Source: an uncultured Candidatus Rokubacteria bacterium (lineage in GTDB: Bacteria; Methylomirabilota; Methylomirabilia; Rokubacteriales; DASRDR01). Taken from it: DNA of 64,000 bases. The stretch is taken from the NCBI GenBank assembly GCA_963708025.1, contig CAVPSB010000014.1, positions 320,001 to 384,000 of the forward strand. Direction: 5' to 3'. Below are positions 42,189 through 51,253 of the stretch, one piece after another. How positions within the stretch are numbered: the stretch's first letter is position 1; every line of letters begins with the position of its first letter. The notes under the pieces are model-generated. The model did not search any database. It was not told the origin of the DNA and was given only the letters and a program-made list of their open reading frames with translations. Position numbers and translations under genes: made by a program.

Positions 42189-44072
42189 TCAGGCGCCGGC
42201 CGGAACCGGGACCTCCACCGCTAGCTCGGCGAGCTTGGCCTCGGTCGGGTGGCCCGTCTCCGGGTCCCAGCCGGCCATCTCGTAGTAGAGCCGACGGGCG
42301 GCCAGGAACTGCTCGGGGTCCACCCGCTCCCCCTTGAGGGCGCCGTTGCCGATCCCCTCGTGCATCCGCTGGGGGAGCACGTCGTCGGCGGGGGTGAAGC
42401 CCTCGCGGCAGTTGAACAGGCGCATGAGCGTGTTGGCGCGCTCGCCGACCTTGAGCATCTCGAAGATGCTCATGTTCCAGCCGGTCACGCTGTTGACGTA
42501 GCCCACCAGCTTCTCCAGTTCCAGCACGTTGAGCGGGGTGCCGACGAAGTCGCACATGCCGACCGAGTTGTAGAGGCTCCAGACCTGCTGGGTGAGGAAG
42601 AACGCGCGGACCTTGCGGGGCCCGAGGTCGAGCACCTTGACCGGCTCGATGAGCCCGAGCGGCCCGAGCGGGTGGCCCTGCGGGTGGAAGCCCTCGTAGA
42701 GCGGGTCGTGGGGCGCCTCCATGTGGTCGGCCCCGGTGGGGGAGAGCGCGTAGGCCAGGGCGAGCCCCTTCTTGCCCCGCGGGTCGTGCATCGGCAGCTC
42801 CTGCCCCTTGACGTGGAGGGCGAACCGCTCGGCGCCGCGCCCGAGCGTCTCCGCCGCGCGCTTGACGCCCTCGCCGAGGAGCCGGCCGATCCCCTCACGC
42901 CGGCCGATCAGGTGGGTCATCTGCTCGACCGCCTCGGCGTTCCCCCAGGTCAGCTCGATGCCGCCGGTGTCGGCCCGGGTGATGATGCCGTGCTCGTAGC
43001 ACTCCATCGCGAAGGCGATGGCCACGCCGGTCGAGATCGAGTCGAGGACGTACTGGGCCAGGAGCTGGTTGATCTTGGCCAGCGCCTTGAGGTCGCCGAC
43101 GCCGCAGAGGGAGCCGGAGGCCGCCAGCGACTCGTACTCGGGGCCGCCGTACTTCGGGATGACGCCCAGCTCGGGCACCGCCACCTCGCGCTTGCACGCC
43201 ACCGCGCAGGCGTAGCAGGTGCCGCGGTTGACGAGGATGGTCTCGGCCATCGTCTGGCCGCTGATGGCGCGGAAGTGCTCGAACGAGCCGTCGCGGAAAT
43301 TCCGGGTGGGCAGGATCCCGCTCGCCTCGAGCGAGGGGACGCCGCCGGCGGTGCCGTAGACGTGGAACCGGTCCTTGGATCGGTCGTGGTGCTCCTTGAA
43401 GAAGGTGAGGGCGGCCCGGGCGCCGTCCTTGTCCGCGGCCACCGGCGGCTTCGAGCCGCGCACGACGATGGCCTTGAGCCGCTTGGCGCCCATGACCGCG
43501 CCGAGCCCGCTGCGGCCGTGGAAGTGCTTGAGCTGGTTCACGATGGCGGCGAATCGGACGCCGCGCTCCCCGGCCACGCCGGTCTGGAGGACGCGAACCC
43601 GCTTGTCGCCCAGCTCCTTCTCGATGCCGTCCTGGACCTCGCCCGAGAGCTGGCCCCAGTAGCGGCTGGCGTCGCGGAACTCGACCTGGCCGTCCTTGAT
43701 CCAGAGGTACACGGGGCTGTCGGCTTGGCCGCGGACCGCGATCCCGTCGAAGCCGGCCGAGCGCAGCTCGGGGCCCCACCAGCCGCCCGCCTCGGCCTCG
43801 CCGTAGCCGCCGGTGAGCGGCGACTTGGCGGCGGCCGTGTAGCGGTTCGTGCCCGACAGCGACAGGCCGTTGATGATGCTCGTCATGAAGACCAGGATGT
43901 TGTCCGGGCCCAGCGGATCGACGCCCGGCGGCAGGTCCCGGAGCAGCAGCCAGCACGCCAGCGCGCCGCCGCCCAGGTGCTTCCGGTAGACGATCTCCGG
44001 GATCTCCTCGATCCGGGTCTGGCGGGTGGTGAGGTCCACGTGGAGCAGCTTGCCGCTCACGCCGGATGCCAT
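42189..44072 (-). CDS. Aldehyde:ferredoxin oxidoreductase family (W/Mo-pterin)
   Basis: AKSPLTGG, GRSGLGAVMGAKRLKAI, CYACAVAC, GPEYE, DSIS, HVKGQELPMHDPR. Confidence 0.93.
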   Translation of the reverse strand: MASGVSGKLLHVDLTTRQTRIEEIPEIVYRKHLGGGALACWLLLRDLPPGVDPLGPDNILVFMTSIINGLSLSGTNRYTAAAKSPLTGGYGEAEAGGWWGPELRSAGFDGIAVRGQADSPVYLWIKDGQVEFRDASRYWGQLSGEVQDGIEKELGDKRVRVLQTGVAGERGVRFAAIVNQLKHFHGRSGLGAVMGAKRLKAIVVRGSKPPVAADKDGARAALTFFKEHHDRSKDRFHVYGTAGGVPSLEASGILPTRNFRDGSFEHFRAISGQTMAETILVNRGTCYACAVACKREVAVPELGVIPKYGGPEYESLAASGSLCGVGDLKALAKINQLLAQYVLDSISTGVAIAFAMECYEHGIITRADTGGIELTWGNAEAVEQMTHLIGRREGIGRLLGEGVKRAAETLGRGAERFALHVKGQELPMHDPRGKKGLALAYALSPTGADHMEAPHDPLYEGFHPQGHPLGPLGLIEPVKVLDLGPRKVRAFFLTQQVWSLYNSVGMCDFVGTPLNVLELEKLVGYVNSVTGWNMSIFEMLKVGERANTLMRLFNCREGFTPADDVLPQRMHEGIGNGALKGERVDPEQFLAARRLYYEMAGWDPETGHPTEAKLAELAVEVPVPAGA

Positions 44073-44187
44073 CGGTGGGATCCTCCCTGACGTCAAGATA
44101 GTAACGACGCTCCTACGCTATCGGAAGCTCTGGGGGCCCGTCAAGCCGAGCAACCGGCGAATGCTACGCTTCCGGCCCACAAGTGCC

Positions 44188-44436
44188 TCACACCTCGAAC
44201 GACGAGCACGGTCGACCGCGCTGGGCCCGGATGGCCTTCGCCGCCGGCAATTGGACAGCGACGGGCGGTCGCTCGACAATCCGGCGCCGCAGGTAGGCGA
44301 GCGTGGGCCGCTCGACCACGCCCCGTACCTCCCGGAGGAGGTAGTCGGAGAGCGACAGGCCTTCCAGCGTCGCTCTGGCCTTCAGCCTGCGATGCAGATC
44401 CTCGGGCACGTGCCGGATCTGGATCATCCGGGCCAT
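44188..44436 (-). CDS. FitA-like ribbon-helix-helix antitoxin, orphan
   Basis: MARMIQIRHVPEDLHRRLKARATLEGLSLSDYLLRE. Confidence 0.75.
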   Translation of the reverse strand: MARMIQIRHVPEDLHRRLKARATLEGLSLSDYLLREVRGVVERPTLAYLRRRIVERPPVAVQLPAAKAIRAQRGRPCSSFEV

Positions 44437-44442
44437 GCCCTC

Positions 44443-44476
44443 ACCGTAGGTGCCGGTGAAGCACGTGTCAAGCACG
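44443..44476 (-). promoter_or_regulatory. Putative promoter/operator of the orphan antitoxin
   Basis: TTGACA-N17-TACGGT; direct repeat ACGTGCTT twice around the -35. Confidence 0.5.
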
Positions 44477-44508
44477 TCCGCCTTCCGCTTCCGGCCTCCT
44501 GATCGAGG

Positions 44509-44640
44509 CTAGTTCGGCGGCGTCAGGTGGGTGCCCTTGCAGACCCATTCCGGCACCAGGCGGTAGCCGATCGCGCAGAGCCCGACCACGAGCCAGTACG
44601 CGACCAGGGCGACCAGGATGGCGGCCACGACATGGCGCAC
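44509..44640 (-). CDS. Small membrane protein (43 aa), absent from the ORF track
   Basis: MRHVVAAILVALVAYWLVVGLCAIGYRLVPEWVCKGTHLTPPN*; strong third-position GC bias. Confidence 0.55.
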   Translation of the reverse strand: MRHVVAAILVALVAYWLVVGLCAIGYRLVPEWVCKGTHLTPPN

Positions 44641-44669
44641 CCTCCTGGACGCCCGCACGCGACGGTCGG

Positions 44670-46625
44670 CTAGACGGCGCGGCCGGCGCGGGTGCCGTCG
44701 AGGATGGCGTCGTGGATCCGCCGCGGGGAGACGGCGTCGCCGACGAGGCGCAGCTCGGGCACCTTCCCCTCGAGCTCGTGGTAGAGGGTGTCGTTGGCCT
44801 TGCCCCCGAACGCCAGCACGACGGTGTCGGCCTCGAGGACCGACTCGGCCCCCGAGAAGGTGTGGCGGACGCGGACCCCGTGGGGCAGGATCTCGGCGGC
44901 GACCGTCATGGGGGTCAGCGTGACCCCCTGGGCGAAGAGGCGCGCGTAGAGATCGGAGCGGATCCCCTCGTCGATGTCCTCGCCGACCATGAAGTAGCGC
45001 GTGACCACCGTGACCCGAACCCCTCGGCTGGCAAGGAAATCAGCCGTTGTCGGCGCGGCGAAGTGCCCGTCCTCGTCGACCACCACGCAGCGCGGCCCGG
45101 CGGCGACCCGCTCGGTCAGGATGTCCACCGCGGAGGCGACGTGGGGGAGCCGGGTGCCGGGGAGATCCGGCAGCCGCGGCGTCGCGCCGGTGGCCACGAT
45201 CACCGTCTCCGGCGACGCCGCCAGCACCTCGCGAGCCTCCGCCGCCGTGTTCAGCCACACCTCGACGCCGAGCTTCCGGACCTGGTCGGCCAGCCAGGTG
45301 GCGATGACCGCGTAGTCCTCGCGCTTCGGCGCTCGGGCCGCGGCCAGGACCTGGCCGCCGAGCCGGGAGGAGGCCTCGAAGAGGGTGACCCGGTGGCCGC
45401 GGATCGCCGCCACCCGGGCCGCCTCCAGGCCGGCCACCCCACCGCCCACGATCACGACGCGCCGGGGGTGGGCCGCCGGGCGGATGTCGGCCAGCTCGGC
45501 CTCCCGCCCGATCATCGGGTTCTGGACGCAGGTGATGGCCTTGCCCTGGCGGAGGCGGCCGATGCACCCCTCGCTGGCGCCCACGCAGACCCGGACGTCC
45601 TCGAGCCGCCCCTCCATCGCCTTCCGCGGCATCTCGGGGTCGGCGATCATCGCCCGCACCATCCCGACCAGGTCGCAGGTCCCGGCGGCCAGCGCCGCCT
45701 CGGCCTGCTCGGCGGTGACGATCCGGCCTGAGACGATGACCGGGACGCGGACGACCGCCCGGGTGGCGGCCGCCAGGTCGTTGTAGAGGCCGTGGGGGTG
45801 GTAGAGCGACGGGGTGACCATCGCCTCGTAGCGGAGGGTCTCGGTGCTGGAGCCGCTCACGGTGAAGTAGTCGACCATGCCGAGGGCGTCGATGCGGCGG
45901 GCGACCTCCAGTTGCTCCTCGGGGCCGAGGCCGCCCGGCACGAACTGGTCGGCGGTGTGGCGGACGCCGACGATGAAGTCGCGGCCGACCGCCTCCCGGA
46001 CGGCCCGCACGACCTCGAGGGCCAGCCGCAGCCGGTTGTCGAGGCTCCCGCCGTACTCGTCGGTGCGGTGGTTGGAGAGCGGCGAGAGGAAGTTCTCCAC
46101 GAGGTGGCCGCCGTAGAAGGGGAGGTCGCAGCCGTCGTAGCCGCCCCGCTTGAGGCGAACGGCCGCCGCCGCCCAGGCGTCGATCACCTCGCGGATCTCG
46201 GCCCGGGTCATGACGTGGGGCCACTCGCGGTGACGCTCCTCGCGCGTGGCGGAGGGCGCCCACAGCGGCACGCCGGAGTACCAGGAGTGGCCCCGGCGGC
46301 CGCGGTGCGAGATCTGGGAGAGGCAGAGGGCGCCGTGGCGGTGGATGGCCTCGCTCATCCGCTGGAACTGGGGAATGATCGAGTCGTCGTGGTTGTTGAC
46401 CTCGCCCCAGTCGTTGACCGAGGTCGGATGCACGCTGGAGGAGCCGAACATCATGACGACCGCGCAGCCCCCCTTCGCCTTCTCCTCGTGGTAGCGGATG
46501 TAGCGGTCGGTGAGGCCGCCCTTCTCGCCGAAGGCGGCGCCGTGGGGGGTCGAGACGATCCGGTTCTTCGCGGTGAAGGGCCCGAGCCGGATCGGGCTGA
46601 AGAGGTGCTTGAAGAGCGTCGGCAT
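44670..46625 (-). CDS. NADH:flavin oxidoreductase (OYE barrel + Fe-S + FAD), DgcA/HpbA-like
   Basis: KNRIVSTPH, FLSPLSNHRTDEYGGSLDNR, CVGASEGC…CVQNP, VGGGVAGLEAA. Confidence 0.9.
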   Translation of the reverse strand: MPTLFKHLFSPIRLGPFTAKNRIVSTPHGAAFGEKGGLTDRYIRYHEEKAKGGCAVVMMFGSSSVHPTSVNDWGEVNNHDDSIIPQFQRMSEAIHRHGALCLSQISHRGRRGHSWYSGVPLWAPSATREERHREWPHVMTRAEIREVIDAWAAAAVRLKRGGYDGCDLPFYGGHLVENFLSPLSNHRTDEYGGSLDNRLRLALEVVRAVREAVGRDFIVGVRHTADQFVPGGLGPEEQLEVARRIDALGMVDYFTVSGSSTETLRYEAMVTPSLYHPHGLYNDLAAATRAVVRVPVIVSGRIVTAEQAEAALAAGTCDLVGMVRAMIADPEMPRKAMEGRLEDVRVCVGASEGCIGRLRQGKAITCVQNPMIGREAELADIRPAAHPRRVVIVGGGVAGLEAARVAAIRGHRVTLFEASSRLGGQVLAAARAPKREDYAVIATWLADQVRKLGVEVWLNTAAEAREVLAASPETVIVATGATPRLPDLPGTRLPHVASAVDILTERVAAGPRCVVVDEDGHFAAPTTADFLASRGVRVTVVTRYFMVGEDIDEGIRSDLYARLFAQGVTLTPMTVAAEILPHGVRVRHTFSGAESVLEADTVVLAFGGKANDTLYHELEGKVPELRLVGDAVSPRRIHDAILDGTRAGRAV

Positions 46626-46629
46626 CGCG

Positions 46630-48150
46630 CTACTTCACCTTCGCATCGTAGAGGAACAGCATGTTGTCGATCCACGGGGTCCAGTCCAGGCGGCTCGAGA
46701 TCCCGAAGATGTGCGCCTGCTGGTAGGCCTTGATGATCGGCGCGTCCTCGTAGATCATCTCCTGGGCCTTGAAGTACAGCGCCTTCCGCTTCTCGGGGTC
46801 GTTCGACCCCTGAGCCTGCTCCAGGATCCGGTCGAGGTCCTCGTTCTTGTAGATGGCCAGCGCCGACTTCGAGTGGAGCGAGTTGACCAGCAGGTCGCCG
46901 TCGAAGATGCCGGCGCCGCCCCAGGCGGTCATGTAGGCGGGCAAGAGCTCCCGCTTCCGCCACTTGGTCGTGTAGATCGACTGCTCCCACACCTGCACGC
47001 TCGCCTTGATCCCCACCTTGCCGAGCATCGCGGCCATCGCCTGCATCACCTCGATGTCGTTCATGTACCGGCGGTTCGGCGCGTGGAGCGTCATCTCGAA
47101 GCCGTTCGGGAAGCCGGCCTCTTTCAAGAGAGCCTTGGCGCGCTCGGGGTCGTAGCCGTACCACTTCACGTTCGGGTTGAAGCCGAAGGCCTCCTTCTCG
47201 AGCGGGACCCCCAGGACCTGGCCGTAGCCCTCCAGCACCGTCTTGATGATGGTGTCCATGTCGATGGCGTAGTTGATCGCCTTGCGGACGCGGGCGTCCT
47301 GCCACGGCCCCGGCATCAGGTAGTTGGTCATCTTGACCATGATCACGAAGCCGCCCAGCGTGCTGACCTCGGTGCGGGCGACGCCGCTGGCCTTGATCTT
47401 TCCCACCTGGTCGGGCGGGATGTCGCTGACGAGGTCGGCCTGGCCGGAGAGCAGCGCCGCCACCCGGGTGGTGAGCTCGGGAACCGGGCGGAAGACCAGC
47501 CGCTCGATGGCGGCCGGGCCGCGGTGGTAGTCCTTGTAGGCTTCGAGCACGAGGCGGTCGTCCTTGATCCACTCCACGAGCTTGTAGGGCCCGGTGCCCA
47601 CCGGCTTCCGCGCGAACTCGGCGTCCCCGACCTGGGCGACGTATTTCGGCGGCAGGATGCCGACGGTGCCGCAGTGGCCGGGGCTCATCCGGACCGGCAG
47701 GAGCGGGAAGGGGGCCTTGGTGACGACGTTCACCGTGTAGGGGTTGACGATCTCGACGCGGTCGATGGTCGCGATGCTGGTCCGACCCGGCGCCGCCTGC
47801 TGGGGGTTGAGCATCCGCTCGATCGAGAACTTGACCGCGGTGGCGTCGAACGGCTCCCCGTTGTGGAACTTCACGTTGCGCCGGAGCTTGAACTGCCAGG
47901 TGGTGTCGTTCACGAGCCGCCACGACTCGGCCAGGTTCGCCTCGAGCTGGAGCGTCTTGAGGTTGCGGCGGAGGAGCGTGTCGAAGATCTGCCGGTCCGG
48001 CTCGTGGGCGTTCTTGTCGCAGTGCATGTGCCAGTCGAGGGTGCCGGCCTCCCCCGACTGGATCACGACCACCGGCTTCGGCTGGGCACCGGCCAGCGCG
48101 GGCGCCGACAGGAGGATCAGGAGGCTCACGAAGGTCGTCAGTCGTGCCAT
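46630..48150 (-). CDS. Peptide ABC substrate-binding protein (family 5)
   Basis: LAESW, FKLRRNVKFHNGEPF, PVGTGPYK, DARVRKAINYAID. Confidence 0.93.
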   Translation of the reverse strand: MARLTTFVSLLILLSAPALAGAQPKPVVVIQSGEAGTLDWHMHCDKNAHEPDRQIFDTLLRRNLKTLQLEANLAESWRLVNDTTWQFKLRRNVKFHNGEPFDATAVKFSIERMLNPQQAAPGRTSIATIDRVEIVNPYTVNVVTKAPFPLLPVRMSPGHCGTVGILPPKYVAQVGDAEFARKPVGTGPYKLVEWIKDDRLVLEAYKDYHRGPAAIERLVFRPVPELTTRVAALLSGQADLVSDIPPDQVGKIKASGVARTEVSTLGGFVIMVKMTNYLMPGPWQDARVRKAINYAIDMDTIIKTVLEGYGQVLGVPLEKEAFGFNPNVKWYGYDPERAKALLKEAGFPNGFEMTLHAPNRRYMNDIEVMQAMAAMLGKVGIKASVQVWEQSIYTTKWRKRELLPAYMTAWGGAGIFDGDLLVNSLHSKSALAIYKNEDLDRILEQAQGSNDPEKRKALYFKAQEMIYEDAPIIKAYQQAHIFGISSRLDWTPWIDNMLFLYDAKVK

Positions 48151-48170
48151 GGGAGGTCTCCTCTCGAATG

Positions 48171-48285
48171 TTCGGGACCTCCCGCCTCCCCCCCCAACCC
48201 CCCTCCCCCAGCCCATCGGACGGCCTTCGGCCTTTGGCGGGGGGGAGGGGGAGTCGGAGGCCCCGTTTGCTTCACACGCTCTCAG
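48171..48285 (+). repeat. Family-A REP-like element with one 19-nt module
   Basis: Module at 48219-48237; tail CTTCACACGCTCTCAG overlaps the dppC stop. Confidence 0.85.
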
Positions 48286-49223
48286 AGCTGATCCACGGAC
48301 CGCCGCACCTGGAGGTAGGGGTCGAGCGCGTCGCGCAGCGCGTCGCCCAGGAGATTGATGGCCATGACGGTGACGAACAGGGCCGCCCCGGGGAAGAGGG
48401 CCAGCCAGTAGCGCGTGTTGACGAACTGCCGGCCCTCGGCCAGCATCCCGCCCCACGACGGGATGTGGAGCGGCACCCCGAGGCCGAGGAAGCTGAGCCC
48501 GGCCTCGGTGAGGATCGCGCCGGCCACGCCGAAGGTGGCGACCACGATCAGCGAGGCGCTGACGTTCGGCAGCACGTAGCGCCAGACGATGCGCCAGTCG
48601 GGCAGGCCGAGGGCCCGGGCGGCGTTGACGCAGGCGCGCTCGCGGAACGCGAGCGTCTCGGCCCGGACCACGCGGGCGTACGCCACCCAGTTGGCGAGGC
48701 CGACCACCAGGACGATGTTGCGGACGCTCGCCCCCAGGACCCCGATGACCGCGATGGCGAGCAGGATGAACGGGAAGGCGAACTGCATGTCGGCGAGCCG
48801 CATGATGAGCTGGTCGGCCAGCCCGCCGCGGAAGCCGGCGGCGAGCCCGAGGCTGGTGCCGACGACGCCGGCGACCGCCACCGCCGCCAGCCCGATGAGG
48901 ACGGAGGTCTTCGCGCTGTGGATGACCCGGCTCAGCACGTCGCGGCCGAGCTGGTCCGTGCCCAGGGCCGCCAGCGCGCCGGTCGCGGTCCGGGTGGCGG
49001 GCGGCGTGAAACGGGCCAGCAGCTCCTGGGCGTTCGGGTCGGCCGGGGCCAGGAGGCCGGGGACCAGGGCGCAGGCGGCGACCAGGAAAACCACCACGGC
49101 CCCGAACCGGGCGCCCGCCGACGCGAGGAAGACGCGGGTGCGCCGCCACGTCAGCCGGGGGAGGCGGACCCGCTCCCCGACCGGCGGCGAGGGCAGGGTG
49201 AGGGGGATCCCGGCCGGGGCCAT
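48282..49223 (-). CDS. Peptide ABC permease (DppC-like)
   Basis: LGTDQLGRDVLSR, EAGLSFLGLG, SWGGML, NLLGDALRDALDP. Confidence 0.92.
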   Translation of the reverse strand: MAPAGIPLTLPSPPVGERVRLPRLTWRRTRVFLASAGARFGAVVVFLVAACALVPGLLAPADPNAQELLARFTPPATRTATGALAALGTDQLGRDVLSRVIHSAKTSVLIGLAAVAVAGVVGTSLGLAAGFRGGLADQLIMRLADMQFAFPFILLAIAVIGVLGASVRNIVLVVGLANWVAYARVVRAETLAFRERACVNAARALGLPDWRIVWRYVLPNVSASLIVVATFGVAGAILTEAGLSFLGLGVPLHIPSWGGMLAEGRQFVNTRYWLALFPGAALFVTVMAINLLGDALRDALDPYLQVRRSVDQL

Positions 49224-50140
49224 CAGGCGAGCCGGACCCGCGGATCGAGCGCCATGTAGACGAGGTCGATCGCGAGGTTCAGGACGAGCAGCGCCGCGGC
49301 GACCGTGAAGACGACGGCCTGGATGAGCGGCACGTCCTTGTTCACCACCGCCTCGACCGCCAGCCGGCCGACCCCGGGGTAGGCGAAGACCGCCTCGGTG
49401 ATCACGGCGCCGCCGAGGAGGTTGCCCAGCTCCAGGCCCAGCGCGGTCACGATCGGGATGGCGCCGTTGCGGAGGGCGTGGCGGAGGACGGTCGCCCGCT
49501 CGCCCAGGCCCTTGGCCCGCGCGGTGCGCATGAAGTCCTGGTGGAGGACCTCCAGCATCGAGGAGCGGGTGATGCGAGCGGTGCGGGCCATCGCCCAGAC
49601 GCCGAGCGTCACGGCGGGCAGGACCAGCGTGAGCCAGCCCTCTCCCCCGTAGACCGGCACCCAGCGGAGGTTCACCGCGAACACGAGGATCAGCAGGATG
49701 CCGAGCCAGAACGTCGGCATGCACTGACCCGAGAGGGCGAACATCATGGCGCCGGCGTCGAGGAGGGAGTTCCGCCGGATGGCCGACAGGATGCCGAGCG
49801 GGACCGCCAGCAGGACGGCGATCAGCAGGGCGGCGCCGGCGAGCCGGAGGGTGGCGGGGAACCGGTCGATGACCATGGGGAGGGAGGATTCCCGGTGGCG
49901 CAGCGAGCGGCCGAAGTCGCCGTGCGCCGCCCGGACGAGGAACCGGCCGTACTGCTCGGGCAGCGGGCGATCGAACCCCATCGCGGCGCGGAGGATCTCG
50001 TAGTCCTGCTTGGTGCCCTCCGATCCCATGTAGAGCGCGGCCGGGTCGCCCGACAGGTGGACGACCAGGAAGACGGCGAGGGTGATCCCCACGAGGACCA
50101 CGAAGGCCCAGAGGATGCGCTGACAGAGGTAACGAGCCAT
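49223..50140 (-). CDS. Peptide ABC permease (DppB-like)
   Basis: LSGDP, GDFGRS, RITRSSMLEVLHQDFMRTARAKGL, LDPRVR. Confidence 0.93.
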   Translation of the reverse strand: MARYLCQRILWAFVVLVGITLAVFLVVHLSGDPAALYMGSEGTKQDYEILRAAMGFDRPLPEQYGRFLVRAAHGDFGRSLRHRESSLPMVIDRFPATLRLAGAALLIAVLLAVPLGILSAIRRNSLLDAGAMMFALSGQCMPTFWLGILLILVFAVNLRWVPVYGGEGWLTLVLPAVTLGVWAMARTARITRSSMLEVLHQDFMRTARAKGLGERATVLRHALRNGAIPIVTALGLELGNLLGGAVITEAVFAYPGVGRLAVEAVVNKDVPLIQAVVFTVAAALLVLNLAIDLVYMALDPRVRLA

Positions 50141-50235
50141 GGTCCCGAGGCGGCCCCATCACAGCACAGCCGTCCGGACGAGGCAAGCCGGGCGGGACGG
50201 AAGCGACGGCGTGTCGGTCGTGGCTTGCCATCCGC

Positions 50236-50370
50236 TCCCTCTCCCTCCCCTTGGGAGGGAGAGGGTTGGGGTGAGGGTGGGCCGCTGCGCTTCCCCCTCG
50301 CCCTGCCCCGCTCTAGGGGAGAGGGCAAGAGGGGATCGGGGGAGGTGAGCCGACGGGGCGGAGACCTCTC
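50236..50370. repeat. Cluster of CCCTCTCCC/GGGAGAGGG REP-like hairpins
   Basis: CCCTCTCCCTCCC-ctt-GGGAGGGAGAGGG-TTGGGGTGAGGG and a second degenerate copy. Confidence 0.7.
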
Positions 50371-50371
50371 G

Positions 50372-51106
50372 CTACGGGAGCCGCACGGAGGCGCCGACGA
50401 TGGCGATGAGGCGCACGGCCGCAAAGGCCCGGATCACCAGCCACGACGGGTCGAACTCGAAGCGCCGCACGCTGAAGCGGGGCGCCCGCGGATGGGCGTG
50501 GTGGTTGTTGTGGAGGGACTCGCCGGCGGTCACCCAGGCCAGGATCCGCGAATTGTATGCCGTGTTGTTGCTGAAGTTCTGGGCGCCACGCCAGTGGCCG
50601 AGGCCGTTGATCAGCGGGGCCACGACGAACACGTAGAGCACGAAGTGCAGGAGGCCGGCGGCGAGGCCGCCCCAGACGCCGAGCGTCCAGCACAGCAGCG
50701 CAAACCCCAGGCCGATGCCGAGCCAGCCGTGCGAGAACAGCGCGCGGTCCAGCCGGTCTTCCGCAAGGTCCGGGGCGAACTGTTTCCGCGTCTCGGGCTT
50801 CCGCGCCTCGCGCGCGTAGTAGTAGACGTTCAAGAGCTGCACCCGCCAGAGGCCCAGGAGCCGGGGGCTGTGCGGGTCCCCGGGTCGATCGGTGAAGGTG
50901 TGGTGCTTGCGGTGGACGGCGACCCATTGCTGGCGCCGCTGGCCGGTGGTGATCCAGAGCAGCGCCCGGAAGAAGAGATCCATCACCGGGTGGATGCGGA
51001 GCGATCGGTGGGCGAGCGCCCGGTGGAGATAGATCGAGGTCGCGATGGTCGTGATCTCTGTGAGGGCGACGGCGACGAGCGGGACAGTCAGGATCAGCAT
51101 CGACAT
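50372..51106 (-). CDS. Fatty acid (acyl-CoA) desaturase
   Basis: His boxes HRALAH, HRKHH, HNNHH; DPHSP. Confidence 0.92.
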   Translation of the reverse strand: MSMLILTVPLVAVALTEITTIATSIYLHRALAHRSLRIHPVMDLFFRALLWITTGQRRQQWVAVHRKHHTFTDRPGDPHSPRLLGLWRVQLLNVYYYAREARKPETRKQFAPDLAEDRLDRALFSHGWLGIGLGFALLCWTLGVWGGLAAGLLHFVLYVFVVAPLINGLGHWRGAQNFSNNTAYNSRILAWVTAGESLHNNHHAHPRAPRFSVRRFEFDPSWLVIRAFAAVRLIAIVGASVRLP

Positions 51107-51253
51107 CCGGTTTCCTCGTGGTCAGAAGTGAAAGTGAGGTAGGCGGACATCGTGCCTACGGGGAAGGCGACTAAACGACTATACAGGAAAGACGCGGTCG
51201 ATGGCACTGATTTGTCAGGAGCCTCGGGGCCAGGCAAGGGTGCCGAGCCGATT

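Noticed and set aside
51202-51216. Sigma54 promoter TGGCAC…TTG
   Set aside because: Spacing is off by one, the -12 GC is absent, and no + strand gene follows.
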